In this document: in pieces, positions 19,418 through 29,377 of the stretch
How positions within the stretch are numbered: position 1 is the first letter of the stretch
How the letters are laid out: the number at the start of each line of letters is the position of its first letter
DNA from: an uncultured bacterium
Lineage (GTDB): Bacteria > Hydrogenedentota > Hydrogenedentia > Hydrogenedentales > JAEUWI01
Assembly: GCA_963977445.1 (NCBI GenBank)
Contig: CAXBPH010000030.1
Location: 1-38,832, forward strand
Direction: 5' to 3'
DNA length: 38,832 nucleotides
Position numbers and translations under genes: made by a program
The notes under the pieces: model-generated
Database searches by the model: none
What the model saw: the letters and a program-made list of their open reading frames with translations, nothing else
Told to the model about the DNA's origin: nothing

Positions 19418-19960
19418 GTGATACGACCCACAAAGACCCTACTCGTCGCCGCACTTTTATGCACCCTAGGCGCGGGCCTTCTGAGCACACCCGCTCAGGC
19501 CCAGGATGGGAACTACAAGATTGCTGTTGTCGATATGTCGGCCGTCTTGGCGAAGTATGAGAAACGAAAAGACAAGTATGCCGATTTGCAGAAAAAGGTA
19601 GATGCGCTTCAGGCAGGTATCGACAAGATGTCCAAAGAAATCGAAGCCTCCAAAGCGGATTACGACAAGCGGAAAAAAGACCTTTCTGATGCCGAGCTTT
19701 TCGCCTTAGAGACAAAAATCAAAAATGATTACGCAAACTATCAGAACGAGCTGGCAAAAAATCAGCGCGAAATCGATGGCATGGAAGAACTCGTCCTGAA
19801 GGAAGTCCTGAAAGATATCCAGGACGCCATCAACAAGGTTGCCGAAGCAGACAACTACCACCTGATTCTGAATGATGGTAAGGGTCCCCGTGGTGCCGTG
19901 CTGTACGCCGCTGCTGGCATCGATATTACGCCTAAAATTCTATTGGAATTGAATAAGTAG
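19418..19960 (+). CDS. skp: OmpH/Skp periplasmic chaperone
   Basis: Signal peptide (AQA), KIAVVDM, long coiled coil, YHLIL...VLYA...DIT; follows bamA. Confidence 0.92.
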   Translation: MIRPTKTLLVAALLCTLGAGLLSTPAQAQDGNYKIAVVDMSAVLAKYEKRKDKYADLQKKVDALQAGIDKMSKEIEASKADYDKRKKDLSDAELFALETKIKNDYANYQNELAKNQREIDGMEELVLKEVLKDIQDAINKVAEADNYHLILNDGKGPRGAVLYAAAGIDITPKILLELNK

Positions 19961-20000
19961 CGCCAGCGATAAGCGTGAAAAAACAATCCCTGATTTACTT

Positions 20001-20030
20001 CGCGTATCGGGCCTGCGGGCCTGATACGCG
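20001..20030 (+). terminator. Stem-loop between skp and lpxD (terminator or mRNA stabiliser)
   Basis: CGCGTATCGGGCC-TGCG-GGCCTGATACGCG, 13-bp stem with one G-U; weak T tail. Confidence 0.45.
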
Positions 20031-20094
20031 TTGACTATATTGGACGACCCTGTTTTCGGGTTTCGTCCTCCCCCATTCGAAAGGAACTCCTACA

Positions 20095-21126
20095 ATGAAC
20101 ATGACGGTTGGCGATATCGCGGTCATGGTCGGCGGTACCGTTTCGGGTGACGCGTCGGTGATGATTACCGGTTTGAACGGAGTCGATGAGGCCGGTTCGG
20201 GAGATCTCTGTTTCTGCAGAAACCTCCGCTATCTGCCGAAGCTGGTGGCATCAAAAGCGTCAGCAGTCTTGATTCAGGAAGCGCCGGAAGGCCTGGCAAT
20301 GTCCGCCATCATCGTTTCCCAGCCCGATTTGGCCTTTGCCATGGTGCTCAAGCATTGCGAGACGCTTTTCTTGCACCATCCCAAGGGCATTCATGCCTCG
20401 GCGGTTATTCACTCCGAAGCGACGCTCGGTGCCGATGTGGCCGTGGGTGCGTGTGCGATTATCGAGGCCGGCGCAAATCTGGCCGACGGCGTGATTGTCT
20501 ATGCCGGGTCCTATATCGGCAGAGATGTGAAGATAGGCCATGGAACCATCGTCTATCCCAACGTGACCATACGTGAAGAGACCGAAATTGGTCGCCATTG
20601 TATTATTCACGCCGGTGCAACCATCGCCAGCGATGGTTTTGGCTACGCCCCGATGGACGGTACCTGGATGAAGATTCCCCAAGTCGGTCGGGTGGTGTTA
20701 GGAGACGATGTTGAAATAGGATCGGGCACCTGTATCGACCGGGCAACCTTCGGCGTTACGCGTGTCGGAACAGGTACGAAAATTGACAATTTGGTCCAAG
20801 TCGGACACAATGTTCAAATAGGAGAACATTGCGCGCTCGCCGGTATGGTTGGGGTCGCGGGTAGCGCCGAGTTGAAGGACCGGGTACAGGTCGGTGCCAC
20901 GGGTGCTATTAAGGGGCACCTGACGGTTGGCGAAGGAGCTACGGTGGCAGCACGGAGTGGCGTTGTGCGGTCTGTTGAGCCGGGTGCGACCGTGTCGGGA
21001 TTTCCCGCCATCGCTCACCATGAGGAGCTGCGGGTTATCGTCGCTCAGCGCCGATTGCCTGAACTCATTCGACGAATCAAGGTGCTGGAGCGGGAGCTCG
21101 AAGCAGTGAAAGAGCAGCTTACATGA
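20095..21126 (+). CDS. lpxD: UDP-3-O-acylglucosamine N-acyltransferase
   Basis: Hexapeptide repeats, DGFGY, KIPQVG, IDRAT, GTKIDNLVQVGHN. Confidence 0.96.
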   Translation: MNMTVGDIAVMVGGTVSGDASVMITGLNGVDEAGSGDLCFCRNLRYLPKLVASKASAVLIQEAPEGLAMSAIIVSQPDLAFAMVLKHCETLFLHHPKGIHASAVIHSEATLGADVAVGACAIIEAGANLADGVIVYAGSYIGRDVKIGHGTIVYPNVTIREETEIGRHCIIHAGATIASDGFGYAPMDGTWMKIPQVGRVVLGDDVEIGSGTCIDRATFGVTRVGTGTKIDNLVQVGHNVQIGEHCALAGMVGVAGSAELKDRVQVGATGAIKGHLTVGEGATVAARSGVVRSVEPGATVSGFPAIAHHEELRVIVAQRRLPELIRRIKVLERELEAVKEQLT

Positions 21127-22451
21127 GTAAACAAAAGACGATTAAAGAACCGGCCTCCTTTTCCGGAATCGGACTGCATACCGGCAGCCTGACCACGGTA
21201 AAATTCAAGCCCGCCCCGGAAAATTCCGGTATTACGTTCTATCGAGTCGATCTCGAGGGGTGCCCCGCGATTCCCGCAGATGTGGATAACGTGGTGGGCG
21301 TTGCCCGGGGAACGACGCTGGGTATCGGTGATGCCAAAGTTCACACCGTCGAGCATGCCCTTTCCGCTATGGCTGGCCTCGGTATCGACAATCTGGATAT
21401 CGAGCTTGACGCGGAAGAAATTCCCTCAGGCGATGGCAGCTCCATGCCCGTCATGACGGCCCTGCTCAAAGCGGGTATCGTGGAGCAAGAAGCAGAAAAG
21501 CAATATATTACCGTGGACCGTCCCGTTTACTATCGTCAGGGCGACGTCACGTTGAGCATACTGCCTTCAGATGAACATCGGGTTTCCATGACGATCGCCT
21601 ATGATCACGTGGCGATTGGAACCCAGTACGCGTCGTTTACCATTACGGAAGAAACTTACAAGAAAGAAATAGCACCGGCCCGTACTTTCTGCTTCCTTCG
21701 CGAAGTGAAGATGCTCCAGGAAAAAGGACTAATCCGGGGCGGCAGTCTGGAGAGTGCCGTTGTCATTGGCGACGACACTATCCTGAATGACGACCTCCGT
21801 TTTCCCGACGAGTTTGTGCGCCACAAGATTCTTGATCTTATCGGCGATATGTATCTCCTGGGCCGCCCGATTAAGGGCCATATCGTCAGTGTGAAGGGGG
21901 GCCACGAAAAGAATGTCCTCTTTTCCAAGCAAATAAAGAAAGCCCTGGCCAACGGCAGTGCCTCACGGAATCAGTCCGTACCGGCCTCCGCCCAGATGAA
22001 TCGTCCACCGGCCCTCGATGTGAGTAAGATCATGAAGATCCTTCCGCACCGTTACCCCTTCTTGCTCGTGGACCGAATTCTATCCTTCGTACCTATGGAA
22101 CGGGTGACAGGTATTAAGAATGTCACCGTGAACGAGCCGTTTTTCCAGGGACATTGGCCGGAAACGCCCGTCATGCCCGGTGTAATGATAATCGAAGCCA
22201 TGGCCCAGGTAAGCGCCGTACTCATCTTTGGCGACAACCGGGATCCCGATGGCAAGCTCGCCTTCTTCCTGGGGGTTGACAAGGCCCGTTTCCGTCGCAC
22301 CGTGGTGCCTGGGGATCAGTTGCTCATCGAATGCGAGATGGTACGGTCACGGCGCAACGCCTGCAAGGTGGCCGCCAAAGCCTTGGTGGACGGCAACGTC
22401 GTCGCCGAAGCCATCATGACCTTCGGCCTCATGGCGATGGACGAGCTATAA
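21123..22451 (+). CDS. lpxC-fabZ: Bifunctional LpxC deacetylase / FabZ dehydratase fusion
   Basis: GIGLHTG, TVEH, ARTF, HKILDLIGD (LpxC) followed in frame by LPHRYPFLLVD, FFQGHWP, PGVMIIEAMAQ (FabZ). Confidence 0.95.
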   Translation: MSKQKTIKEPASFSGIGLHTGSLTTVKFKPAPENSGITFYRVDLEGCPAIPADVDNVVGVARGTTLGIGDAKVHTVEHALSAMAGLGIDNLDIELDAEEIPSGDGSSMPVMTALLKAGIVEQEAEKQYITVDRPVYYRQGDVTLSILPSDEHRVSMTIAYDHVAIGTQYASFTITEETYKKEIAPARTFCFLREVKMLQEKGLIRGGSLESAVVIGDDTILNDDLRFPDEFVRHKILDLIGDMYLLGRPIKGHIVSVKGGHEKNVLFSKQIKKALANGSASRNQSVPASAQMNRPPALDVSKIMKILPHRYPFLLVDRILSFVPMERVTGIKNVTVNEPFFQGHWPETPVMPGVMIIEAMAQVSAVLIFGDNRDPDGKLAFFLGVDKARFRRTVVPGDQLLIECEMVRSRRNACKVAAKALVDGNVVAEAIMTFGLMAMDEL

Positions 22452-22663
22452 CCTGAATAGGCGAAGATTCGTCTAGAAAATTCTGCAACGCGTTTGATTG
22501 CCAGCGTTCAGCGCAGCCGGTTCGTCTGCATTACGTCGAAGACGTAAACACAACGTGCCCTCAGCCCGTGGCCGACGGGCAGTGCCCACCTTCGTGATCT
22601 CAAATCCGTTCAGGTATTTCAGCGGAAGCTAAGGTCAGATGGCACGCAGTATACCTGTGACAA

Positions 22664-24148
22664 TCACGGGAAGCGCCAGGTGGAGGAATCAAGCATCTCG
22701 ATGGCCTTCTCGAGGACCGCGTCTTTGCCATCCTGATAAATCGTTACCGCATTGCTTCGGTCCAGGGTGAAGAAGGCATCGGGTATCACGCCGCCAACGC
22801 CGGAGCCATCGGAAGCCCCCTGAATTTCGCCTGCCTCATTCAGTGAACGTCGGGCGGGATACATGACCGAATAGCCACCAGGAAGCGTGAGGTCTACTGT
22901 GGGCAGACCCGGGGCCGCCCCCGTGCCGGATTCACCGAAGATGCGCACGTTCTCTTTCCCTTTAAGGAAGCCCGCCATGGACTCGGCAGGACCCATGGTG
23001 TAGTCATCAACCAACACCACGATGTGGCCCAGGTAGAGGGGTTCCTCGGGCGTCACATAGACCGTTTCTTCGCTTTCTACAAGATACAGCTCCAATTCGC
23101 TATCCCAGACTCCCGGAATTTCGAGAAAGCTTTGCGCCTCCACGAGAGGTTGGAGCATCACGGGAACCAAGGTGCCATCGCCGCCCTGTGTGCCTCGGAG
23201 ATCGATAATAATACCGGCAGAGGCCTCTTTCTGGGCCAATCTTACCGCAGCCTTAAAATCGCGGGAAGGGAAGGGCGTCGAGAGGGTCGGGGCAATGGCG
23301 GCTACGCGAAGGTAGCGGTAATTTTCACCCAAGATATGGGTCTTAATCGGGCTGTCAAAAAGTTCTACCGGTGTCCAAAGAGGCCGCGATAGGGCCATGG
23401 TTTCATACCGGTCTTTTGCGAGGCTCAGGGTCGTCGTTGATTCCGAGGTCGCGCCGGGATTCATATAGCCAATGGTGTGGGTCGAGTCTACGGGGCCACG
23501 GGTCAGCCAATCCAACTGTTGACGCCGTCGTCCATCGGGGGTGCTCGCCGGGCTGTCCGCCCACAATACATTGGCTTTCGGTAAGGCAGCGCCCAGGGCT
23601 TCGCCGTCCCAGGAGAGAATCGTAGCGCCCCATTCAATGCCCGCCGCTTCTGCCGGGCTGTCGGGCAACAAGCCGACAACAATGACGGTACCATCGGAAA
23701 GGGGGGCCAATGCGAGGCCCGCTGAAGCGCCTACATCCGCATCACGGAGCACGTCGTTGGGATCGATCGTGACATTGCTGTCGGGGATAGCGAAGAGATA
23801 GCTGCGGACCGCCCGATACCAGGCCGCCCGGTCTTTGTTTTCCTCTGCAGCCAGCACCTCGGCCGCAGTCTTCTCATAGAGGCTATCCCAGTTGATGCCC
23901 TTGTGTTGGCTATAGGCGTATTCGCGTTCCAGCCGATCGTGGAGAATTTGGAAGGCCTTTGACCAGGTCCGGCCCCGTAAATCGTTCTCACCGCGCAATA
24001 CCGCAGGGAGGGGGATATTGGGTACGGGAACTTCGAATCCCGTAACGGGAATTCGTGCTGTGGTGCAGCCGCTGGCAAACAAGGAAAGGGGCACTACCGC
24101 AGCAAGAGCGAGTCGACGAAAATAAGGAATTGGCTTGCGCTGAATCAT
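22664..24148 (-). CDS. S41 (tail-specific/tricorn-like) peptidase-family lipoprotein with PDZ-like domain; catalytic Ser apparently absent
   Basis: Lipobox FASGC, GINWDSLY, PDSPAEAAGI (PDZ), IIDLRGTQGG, VVLVDDYTMGPAE, FGESGTG, GVIPD. Confidence 0.8.
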   Translation of the reverse strand: MIQRKPIPYFRRLALAAVVPLSLFASGCTTARIPVTGFEVPVPNIPLPAVLRGENDLRGRTWSKAFQILHDRLEREYAYSQHKGINWDSLYEKTAAEVLAAEENKDRAAWYRAVRSYLFAIPDSNVTIDPNDVLRDADVGASAGLALAPLSDGTVIVVGLLPDSPAEAAGIEWGATILSWDGEALGAALPKANVLWADSPASTPDGRRRQQLDWLTRGPVDSTHTIGYMNPGATSESTTTLSLAKDRYETMALSRPLWTPVELFDSPIKTHILGENYRYLRVAAIAPTLSTPFPSRDFKAAVRLAQKEASAGIIIDLRGTQGGDGTLVPVMLQPLVEAQSFLEIPGVWDSELELYLVESEETVYVTPEEPLYLGHIVVLVDDYTMGPAESMAGFLKGKENVRIFGESGTGAAPGLPTVDLTLPGGYSVMYPARRSLNEAGEIQGASDGSGVGGVIPDAFFTLDRSNAVTIYQDGKDAVLEKAIEMLDSSTWRFP

Positions 24149-24352
24149 AGGAAAAATCCTGACTGAATACCGAAAACCGCCCCGCACCCGGTGTAATGCC
24201 GTATCAACCCAAGACGAAACGGCCCCGCAGGACGTACTACACTAACTTTAGCATATCGTTGGGGAAAGTCCCAAAGTTAAATGGTGCACCGTTCAGGGTC
24301 GGGTGGAGGGGGAGGGGGACCCCAAAGAGATATCCGCGACGTGACGCCGTAT

Positions 24353-24400
24353 ACAGAAATGGACCCGGTGGGTGGTGTGTTGCACCGTCCACCGGGTCCA
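24353..24400 (-). terminator. Terminator of the oxidoreductase/HEAT/FG-GAP operon
   Basis: 12-bp perfect outer stem TGGACCCGGTGG/CCACCGGGTCCA, followed by TTTCTGT on the minus strand. Confidence 0.6.
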
Positions 24401-24428
24401 CAAACCCAGGAATTAAATCATTGTTGGC

Positions 24429-25544
24429 TTAGCGACCGAGGCTGGTAAAGAGATACATGCCCTCTTTGCCAGGGGCCACGATGTCGAGCCAGCCATTACC
24501 ATCGATGTCGGTAATCCAGCAGTAGATGCCGATGCCACTCGCCCGGCCTGCGGGGCCATAGTCCAGGGTGTGGCGAGTGAAGCCATCGGGCGAGATGTCA
24601 TAGTAGTAGGTGCCGATGGGATCATGGCCGCCGGGATCGTGGCCCCGGTGGGCGCGATAGCGCTTTCCGGTGACGAGTTCCAACTCCCCGTCGTTGTCGA
24701 TATCGGCAAGCTGCATTTCGTGGTACTGACTGCGGAATTCCTCGATAACATGTTGCGTCCACGTGCCGTCGTCGCCCTGTTCGAACCACCACAGGCCATA
24801 GACATGGGCTCCGCCGACAATAATATCGTTCTTACCGTCCTTGTTAACGTCATGAACCAATACCGGCACCGAGGCCGTGCTCAGGTTGAATTCAGGATGC
24901 CATTTCCAGGCGCTGACGTCGTAGGGATTCTCGGGCGCTTCCATCCATCCCCCGGAAAAGATGAGGTCCGGCCGACCATCGCCGTTCAGGTCCCCACAGC
25001 CAAAACCGTGACCACCACCGCCTTCCGTGATGGTGTACTGTTCGAAACGGCCTTGCCCGACACTATTCTCGTCGCGAACCAGGCGAAAGAAATGGACGGG
25101 ACTCGTCGTAGCGAACACTTCCACATAGCCGTCCCCGTCGATATCATAGAAAGAGCAGCGCTCGATGTTGCCTGTTTTAGCGACTTCATGGGTGGTCCAT
25201 TCCACGAGCTGGCCCTTGGGGTTTTCCCGCCAATAGACCGTGCCGCCAAACCACCCGCCGGTGACGATGTCCATATAGCCGTCCCCGTTAACATCCATGG
25301 GGTAATCGCTGAAGTCATCGTAATAGTCGTCGGCCTCCATAACGTCGCAGATCTTGTGGGACGTCTTGAAGTCGGGGCCAGCATGCCAGTAACCGCCGGA
25401 GACGATATCTACCTGGCCATCCTTGTCCACGTCGAAAACCGAAGCGGCCTCGTAGGTCGTATCCCCGATCTTCGTGCGCTCGAAGAGCACCGTGGGCTCT
25501 GCGGCGGCGCAAAAGGCCATCGCGAGTAGTGTTGTTGCAATCAT
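24429..25544 (-). CDS. Secreted FG-GAP/VCBS repeat beta-propeller protein
   Basis: Signal peptide and seven DxDxDGxxD/E repeats (DVDKDGQVD, DVNGDGYMD, DIDGDGYVE, DLNGDGRPD, DVNKDGKND, DIDNDGELE, DIDGNGWLD). Confidence 0.88.
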   Translation of the reverse strand: MIATTLLAMAFCAAAEPTVLFERTKIGDTTYEAASVFDVDKDGQVDIVSGGYWHAGPDFKTSHKICDVMEADDYYDDFSDYPMDVNGDGYMDIVTGGWFGGTVYWRENPKGQLVEWTTHEVAKTGNIERCSFYDIDGDGYVEVFATTSPVHFFRLVRDENSVGQGRFEQYTITEGGGGHGFGCGDLNGDGRPDLIFSGGWMEAPENPYDVSAWKWHPEFNLSTASVPVLVHDVNKDGKNDIIVGGAHVYGLWWFEQGDDGTWTQHVIEEFRSQYHEMQLADIDNDGELELVTGKRYRAHRGHDPGGHDPIGTYYYDISPDGFTRHTLDYGPAGRASGIGIYCWITDIDGNGWLDIVAPGKEGMYLFTSLGR

Positions 25545-25616
25545 AAACTATACCTCCCGTTTCCAAACGGTGTTCGGATTCTATACATTGACGTAGCCCT
25601 GATAGACAGAGCGTGC

Positions 25617-27692
25617 TTATTTCTGTTCAAACTGCAACGGAAATCCATCTGGCGTGGTCAGGCGGGCACAAAAGTTCCACCCACCCGCGTGCTGGATAAT
25701 TTCCAGCAACAGGGCATTGTCACCGGCCTTGAGGGATATCGGTACGAGGTCGCTATCCAGAGCCGTGCCACGGTCGATATCGTTCTCGTGAACCTTGACC
25801 CCGTTGACCCACGCACGAACGCCGTCATCGCTACCAATACGGAGCGTGGCTTCCTGGGCTTCGGCCACGTGGACGGTAACATAGGCGAAAGCCCGGACCT
25901 GGTCCTGCAGCGGAAAGTTGACGAGGGCCATAGCCCCGGCACCGGGTGTGGGAATCCACCGGACGGCGCCGTCACCTTCACCAAAGGTTACACTGAGATC
26001 CACCACACCATCGACCAGCACGGGGCTGCCATCGGTGGGGGCGTCTTTCAGCGCGAAGGGTTGGGCGATATGCCATTGATTCACGAAGCCCAGTTGGCGT
26101 GCGAAGTCTTCGTTGCTACCCGACACGGGGCCCATCTGCAGCAACTGCTGCACCGACGCTGTATCGTTCGCACGAGACATGAGGATGGTCTTCAGTTCAT
26201 TGGATTCATCGGTGCGCCCGGCTTCGGCGAGCACACGGGCCATACCGGTTAAGACCGAGGGTTGGAGCTCCAGAAGGCCATCGTCGCCCAGCGCCTGCTT
26301 CAACTGATCGAAGGCCTCCGGCACGGGGAAGGCTTTGATGCCTTCCATCGCCGTATTGCGCGTTTCGTCATTGTCGGCGGTGCGGTAGAGGCTGAGATAG
26401 GCACGCCCGGCCCCGGCATGATCGCCCTGATCGCGGAAGGCGGTCGCCATGGTCGTGATAGCCGCAATCGCGGCCGTCTTGTCTTCGGGACCACTCGTGG
26501 CCGCTAGACCTTCGAGGAGGGGCACACATTCAGGAAGGCGATATTGGGTAAGGGCGTCGATCTGAATGGCGGGAGCGATGTCTGTGGCACTCTGGAAGAC
26601 GGGCACGAAGCGCGGGTCCTGGGTGCGGGCCATAATGCCCAGCAGCTTCTCCTTCACGGCGACCGGCTGCCCGGCATAGACTTCGCTAAGACGTGGGGCC
26701 ATCGCGGGGTCATTGATGGCTTCGATAGCGGCAACGGCAGGGCCTTCGAGGAGGCCCGACGCGTCATTGGTCCAGGTGCTCATGATGGTATCCAGCACGC
26801 TTTCATCACCGAAACGTCCCAGGCCGGCCAGGGCACCGCCCTGAATGACCGGGTTCACCGATTGGGCGAGCATGGTGCGATAGAGGGCCATGCTGGCGTC
26901 CCATTTGCCGCCCGTGCGGACCAGGGCGTCGGCCAGACGCAACACCGCATCTTCCGCTTGAAATTGATGATTGATGTCGATTGAATTCGCCAGTGCCACA
27001 AAGGGTTCCACCAGGGTGGCGTCGCCCGTGCGGGCCAGGGCCAGGGCTGCCGCCGCCTTCTCCGCATCGGTGCCCCGGTGGAGTTTGGCGAGGATTAAGG
27101 GCGTCGCTTCGTCGTCCTGAGTTTTGTTGAGCGCATCCATCAGGGCGCAGGCAAAGGCTTCGTCGGCATCGGGCAGGGCACCACGGAGTGCGGCGCGGCC
27201 TTCGGCGGTGTTACTTTCCTGAATCGCCCGACGGGCCCGCTCTTTGGTGTTGTCTCTATAGAGCAACGCGCTGATGGCCTGAATATCGGCACCTTCGGGA
27301 AGCACGACAGGCAAGATACGCAGCAGGATGAATTGCTGTTTCTGCACATCCGTCGCGGCCAGCGCATCGAGCAACTGCTGGGCCACGACATCGCGCTCAG
27401 CTTCCCGTCCAGGCACGCTGACATCATTGGCGATATCCAGGATAATCTTATTCGCCGCCGAGGAGACAGAAGAATCTTCCAGGAAGAGCAAGGGGATCAG
27501 GTTGTGCACCGGATCAATGCCGTAGCGGGGGATAAGCTGGCGCGCCAGGCTCCGCTCAATTTCAGAGCCACTGCGCACTTGTTGCAGCAAGTCATCCAGG
27601 GTGGGTTTGGCCCCTTCTGCCACACAAATTGAAGCGGACAACGTAATGGCCAACGTAGCCACCAGGGGTCCATAGAAGCGTTTATAGTTCAT
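25617..27692 (-). CDS. Secreted HEAT/PBS-lyase-like repeat protein with C-terminal beta-sandwich (GSDDG..AWVNG) domain
   Basis: Signal peptide from ATG 27692 (GAGG RBS), alanine-rich helical repeats, C-terminal LRIGSDDGVRAWVNG...LKAGDNALLLEI. Confidence 0.78.
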   Translation of the reverse strand: MNYKRFYGPLVATLAITLSASICVAEGAKPTLDDLLQQVRSGSEIERSLARQLIPRYGIDPVHNLIPLLFLEDSSVSSAANKIILDIANDVSVPGREAERDVVAQQLLDALAATDVQKQQFILLRILPVVLPEGADIQAISALLYRDNTKERARRAIQESNTAEGRAALRGALPDADEAFACALMDALNKTQDDEATPLILAKLHRGTDAEKAAAALALARTGDATLVEPFVALANSIDINHQFQAEDAVLRLADALVRTGGKWDASMALYRTMLAQSVNPVIQGGALAGLGRFGDESVLDTIMSTWTNDASGLLEGPAVAAIEAINDPAMAPRLSEVYAGQPVAVKEKLLGIMARTQDPRFVPVFQSATDIAPAIQIDALTQYRLPECVPLLEGLAATSGPEDKTAAIAAITTMATAFRDQGDHAGAGRAYLSLYRTADNDETRNTAMEGIKAFPVPEAFDQLKQALGDDGLLELQPSVLTGMARVLAEAGRTDESNELKTILMSRANDTASVQQLLQMGPVSGSNEDFARQLGFVNQWHIAQPFALKDAPTDGSPVLVDGVVDLSVTFGEGDGAVRWIPTPGAGAMALVNFPLQDQVRAFAYVTVHVAEAQEATLRIGSDDGVRAWVNGVKVHENDIDRGTALDSDLVPISLKAGDNALLLEIIQHAGGWNFCARLTTPDGFPLQFEQK

Positions 27693-27765
27693 CGATAGTT
27701 CCTCGGAAAATTGTTTTCGTTGTATCGCGTTGGTCTCCAAAAGGAGACGGGAAGTCAGTTCGGTC

Positions 27766-29061
27766 CTAGAGCTTCCACGGCGGACGGTAGGCCCGGCTCA
27801 GGTAGCGGTTGGCCGCATCGTCATTGATGAACTGTTCCGCTTCCCCGTCCCAGTTGAGTTTTCGACGGGTCTTCAGTGCAATACCGGCAAGCAATACAGG
27901 TATCGTGGACCGCACGCCCTGCTCGATATCGGCAGCAGGTTTTTTGCGGGTGCGGATGCAGTCGAAGAAGTTATTGTGGTGATCAGCATTGGCCCAGCTC
28001 TTTTCAGGCTCGCCCACAAACTCTTCAATGCCCAAGGTGTCGGGGAATACCTTGAAGGTGGCCCGATCGACAATGAGTTTGCCTTCCGTGCCCTGGAACA
28101 TGATGCCCAGTCCCTTGCCGCCATGGTCATTGGAGTGTCGCTGTTCCCAGGTTACATTTACACCGGGATATTCCCAGATGGATTCGATGCTTTCAAAATT
28201 CTGGCTGCCGGCACCACCCCGGGGGCTTGTTCCAATGGCCTGCACATTGAGAGGTTTGTCCTGTCCAATACCCCATTGAACGATATCCATCAGGTGGACA
28301 CCCCAGTTGGTCAGTTGGCCACCGCGGGCATAATCGTGGTGCCCCATGAAGCCACCATAGCGGCCCATGGAGAAGGGTTCATAGGGTGACGGTCCGAGCC
28401 AGAGGTCCCAGTCCAGGCCATTGGGGATGGGTTCTTCGGTGAGTCCAGTGCCCCAGTCGTTTACACTGACCCAGGCGCTGGCAGACGTAATCTGACCCAA
28501 TCGGCCACTCCGTACGATATCTATGGCCTTCTGAAAAACCGGCATGGAGCGCTGTTGGGTGCCGAGTTGCATGACCCGGCCATAACGGCGTGCCGCTTCC
28601 ACCATGGCGCGGCCTTCGGAAACGGTCGGGCACGCCGGTTTTTCCACGTAGACATCTTTACCGGCCTGACAACCTTTGATAGCGAGTAAGGGGTGCCAGT
28701 GGTCGGGCGTGGCGACAAAGATGCCATCAATGTCATCACGGTCGAGGACATAACGGAAATCCTGGAATCCTTCCGGCCGACGTCCCGTCATTTCTTCCAC
28801 CTTATCCTGGCGGTTGAAATAGCGCCCTTTGGCCACGTCACACAAGGCAACAAGATGGCAATTGGGGTTTTCTGCCAGGGCCTCCACGTGGCGGCCACCC
28901 ATGCCTCCCGTACCAATGACGGCAATACGCACCTGGTCGGAGGGGCTGACCCGCGCGGCATTGGCCCGGCCCGACTTGGTGCCGGTCAAAAACACCGCGC
29001 CCGCACCGATGCTTCGGCACGAGCGGGAAATGAACTTTCGACGGTTAATAGCCTTGGACAT
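27766..29061 (-). CDS. Tat-exported Gfo/Idh/MocA family NAD(P)-dependent oxidoreductase
   Basis: NRRKFI twin-arginine signal, IGTGGMG, ATPDHWH, KDVYVEKP, GTQQRS, LDWDLWLGP, NWGVHLMD; GGGAG RBS. Confidence 0.93.
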   Translation of the reverse strand: MSKAINRRKFISRSCRSIGAGAVFLTGTKSGRANAARVSPSDQVRIAVIGTGGMGGRHVEALAENPNCHLVALCDVAKGRYFNRQDKVEEMTGRRPEGFQDFRYVLDRDDIDGIFVATPDHWHPLLAIKGCQAGKDVYVEKPACPTVSEGRAMVEAARRYGRVMQLGTQQRSMPVFQKAIDIVRSGRLGQITSASAWVSVNDWGTGLTEEPIPNGLDWDLWLGPSPYEPFSMGRYGGFMGHHDYARGGQLTNWGVHLMDIVQWGIGQDKPLNVQAIGTSPRGGAGSQNFESIESIWEYPGVNVTWEQRHSNDHGGKGLGIMFQGTEGKLIVDRATFKVFPDTLGIEEFVGEPEKSWANADHHNNFFDCIRTRKKPAADIEQGVRSTIPVLLAGIALKTRRKLNWDGEAEQFINDDAANRYLSRAYRPPWKL

Positions 29062-29345
29062 GGCTTGTAGTACTCCCTGGGTTATTGGATTCAAGTGAAT
29101 CGGTAAAGAAGTGTCCGGCAGGTGCGGCCCGGCATTCAGCACAACGGATCATGGCGTCACGATCGATTGCGGTAGACGGCCCGCTCACAGGAATGGGTTC
29201 ACCGTGCACCCGCAAGGATACACGGAAAGCCCCACGGTACTCGAAACACAGTGCACAGCCCATTGCCAACCAGAGAAATCCTGCACAGTTCAGGACAGCA
29301 GACCGGCAGCGGGACCTTGAATAAAAGACATCTCACTTGGGAATT

Positions 29346-29377
29346 ATCCTAGAGGACCGGACTGGACATGTCAAGTC
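29346..29377 (-). promoter_or_regulatory. Sigma70-type promoter for the leftward operon, overlapped by an 18-bp palindrome (candidate operator)
   Basis: Minus strand TTGACA (29374-29369)-17 bp-TAGGAT (29351-29346); GACTGGACATGTCAAGTC (29360-29377) is palindromic apart from one symmetric pair. Confidence 0.55.
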
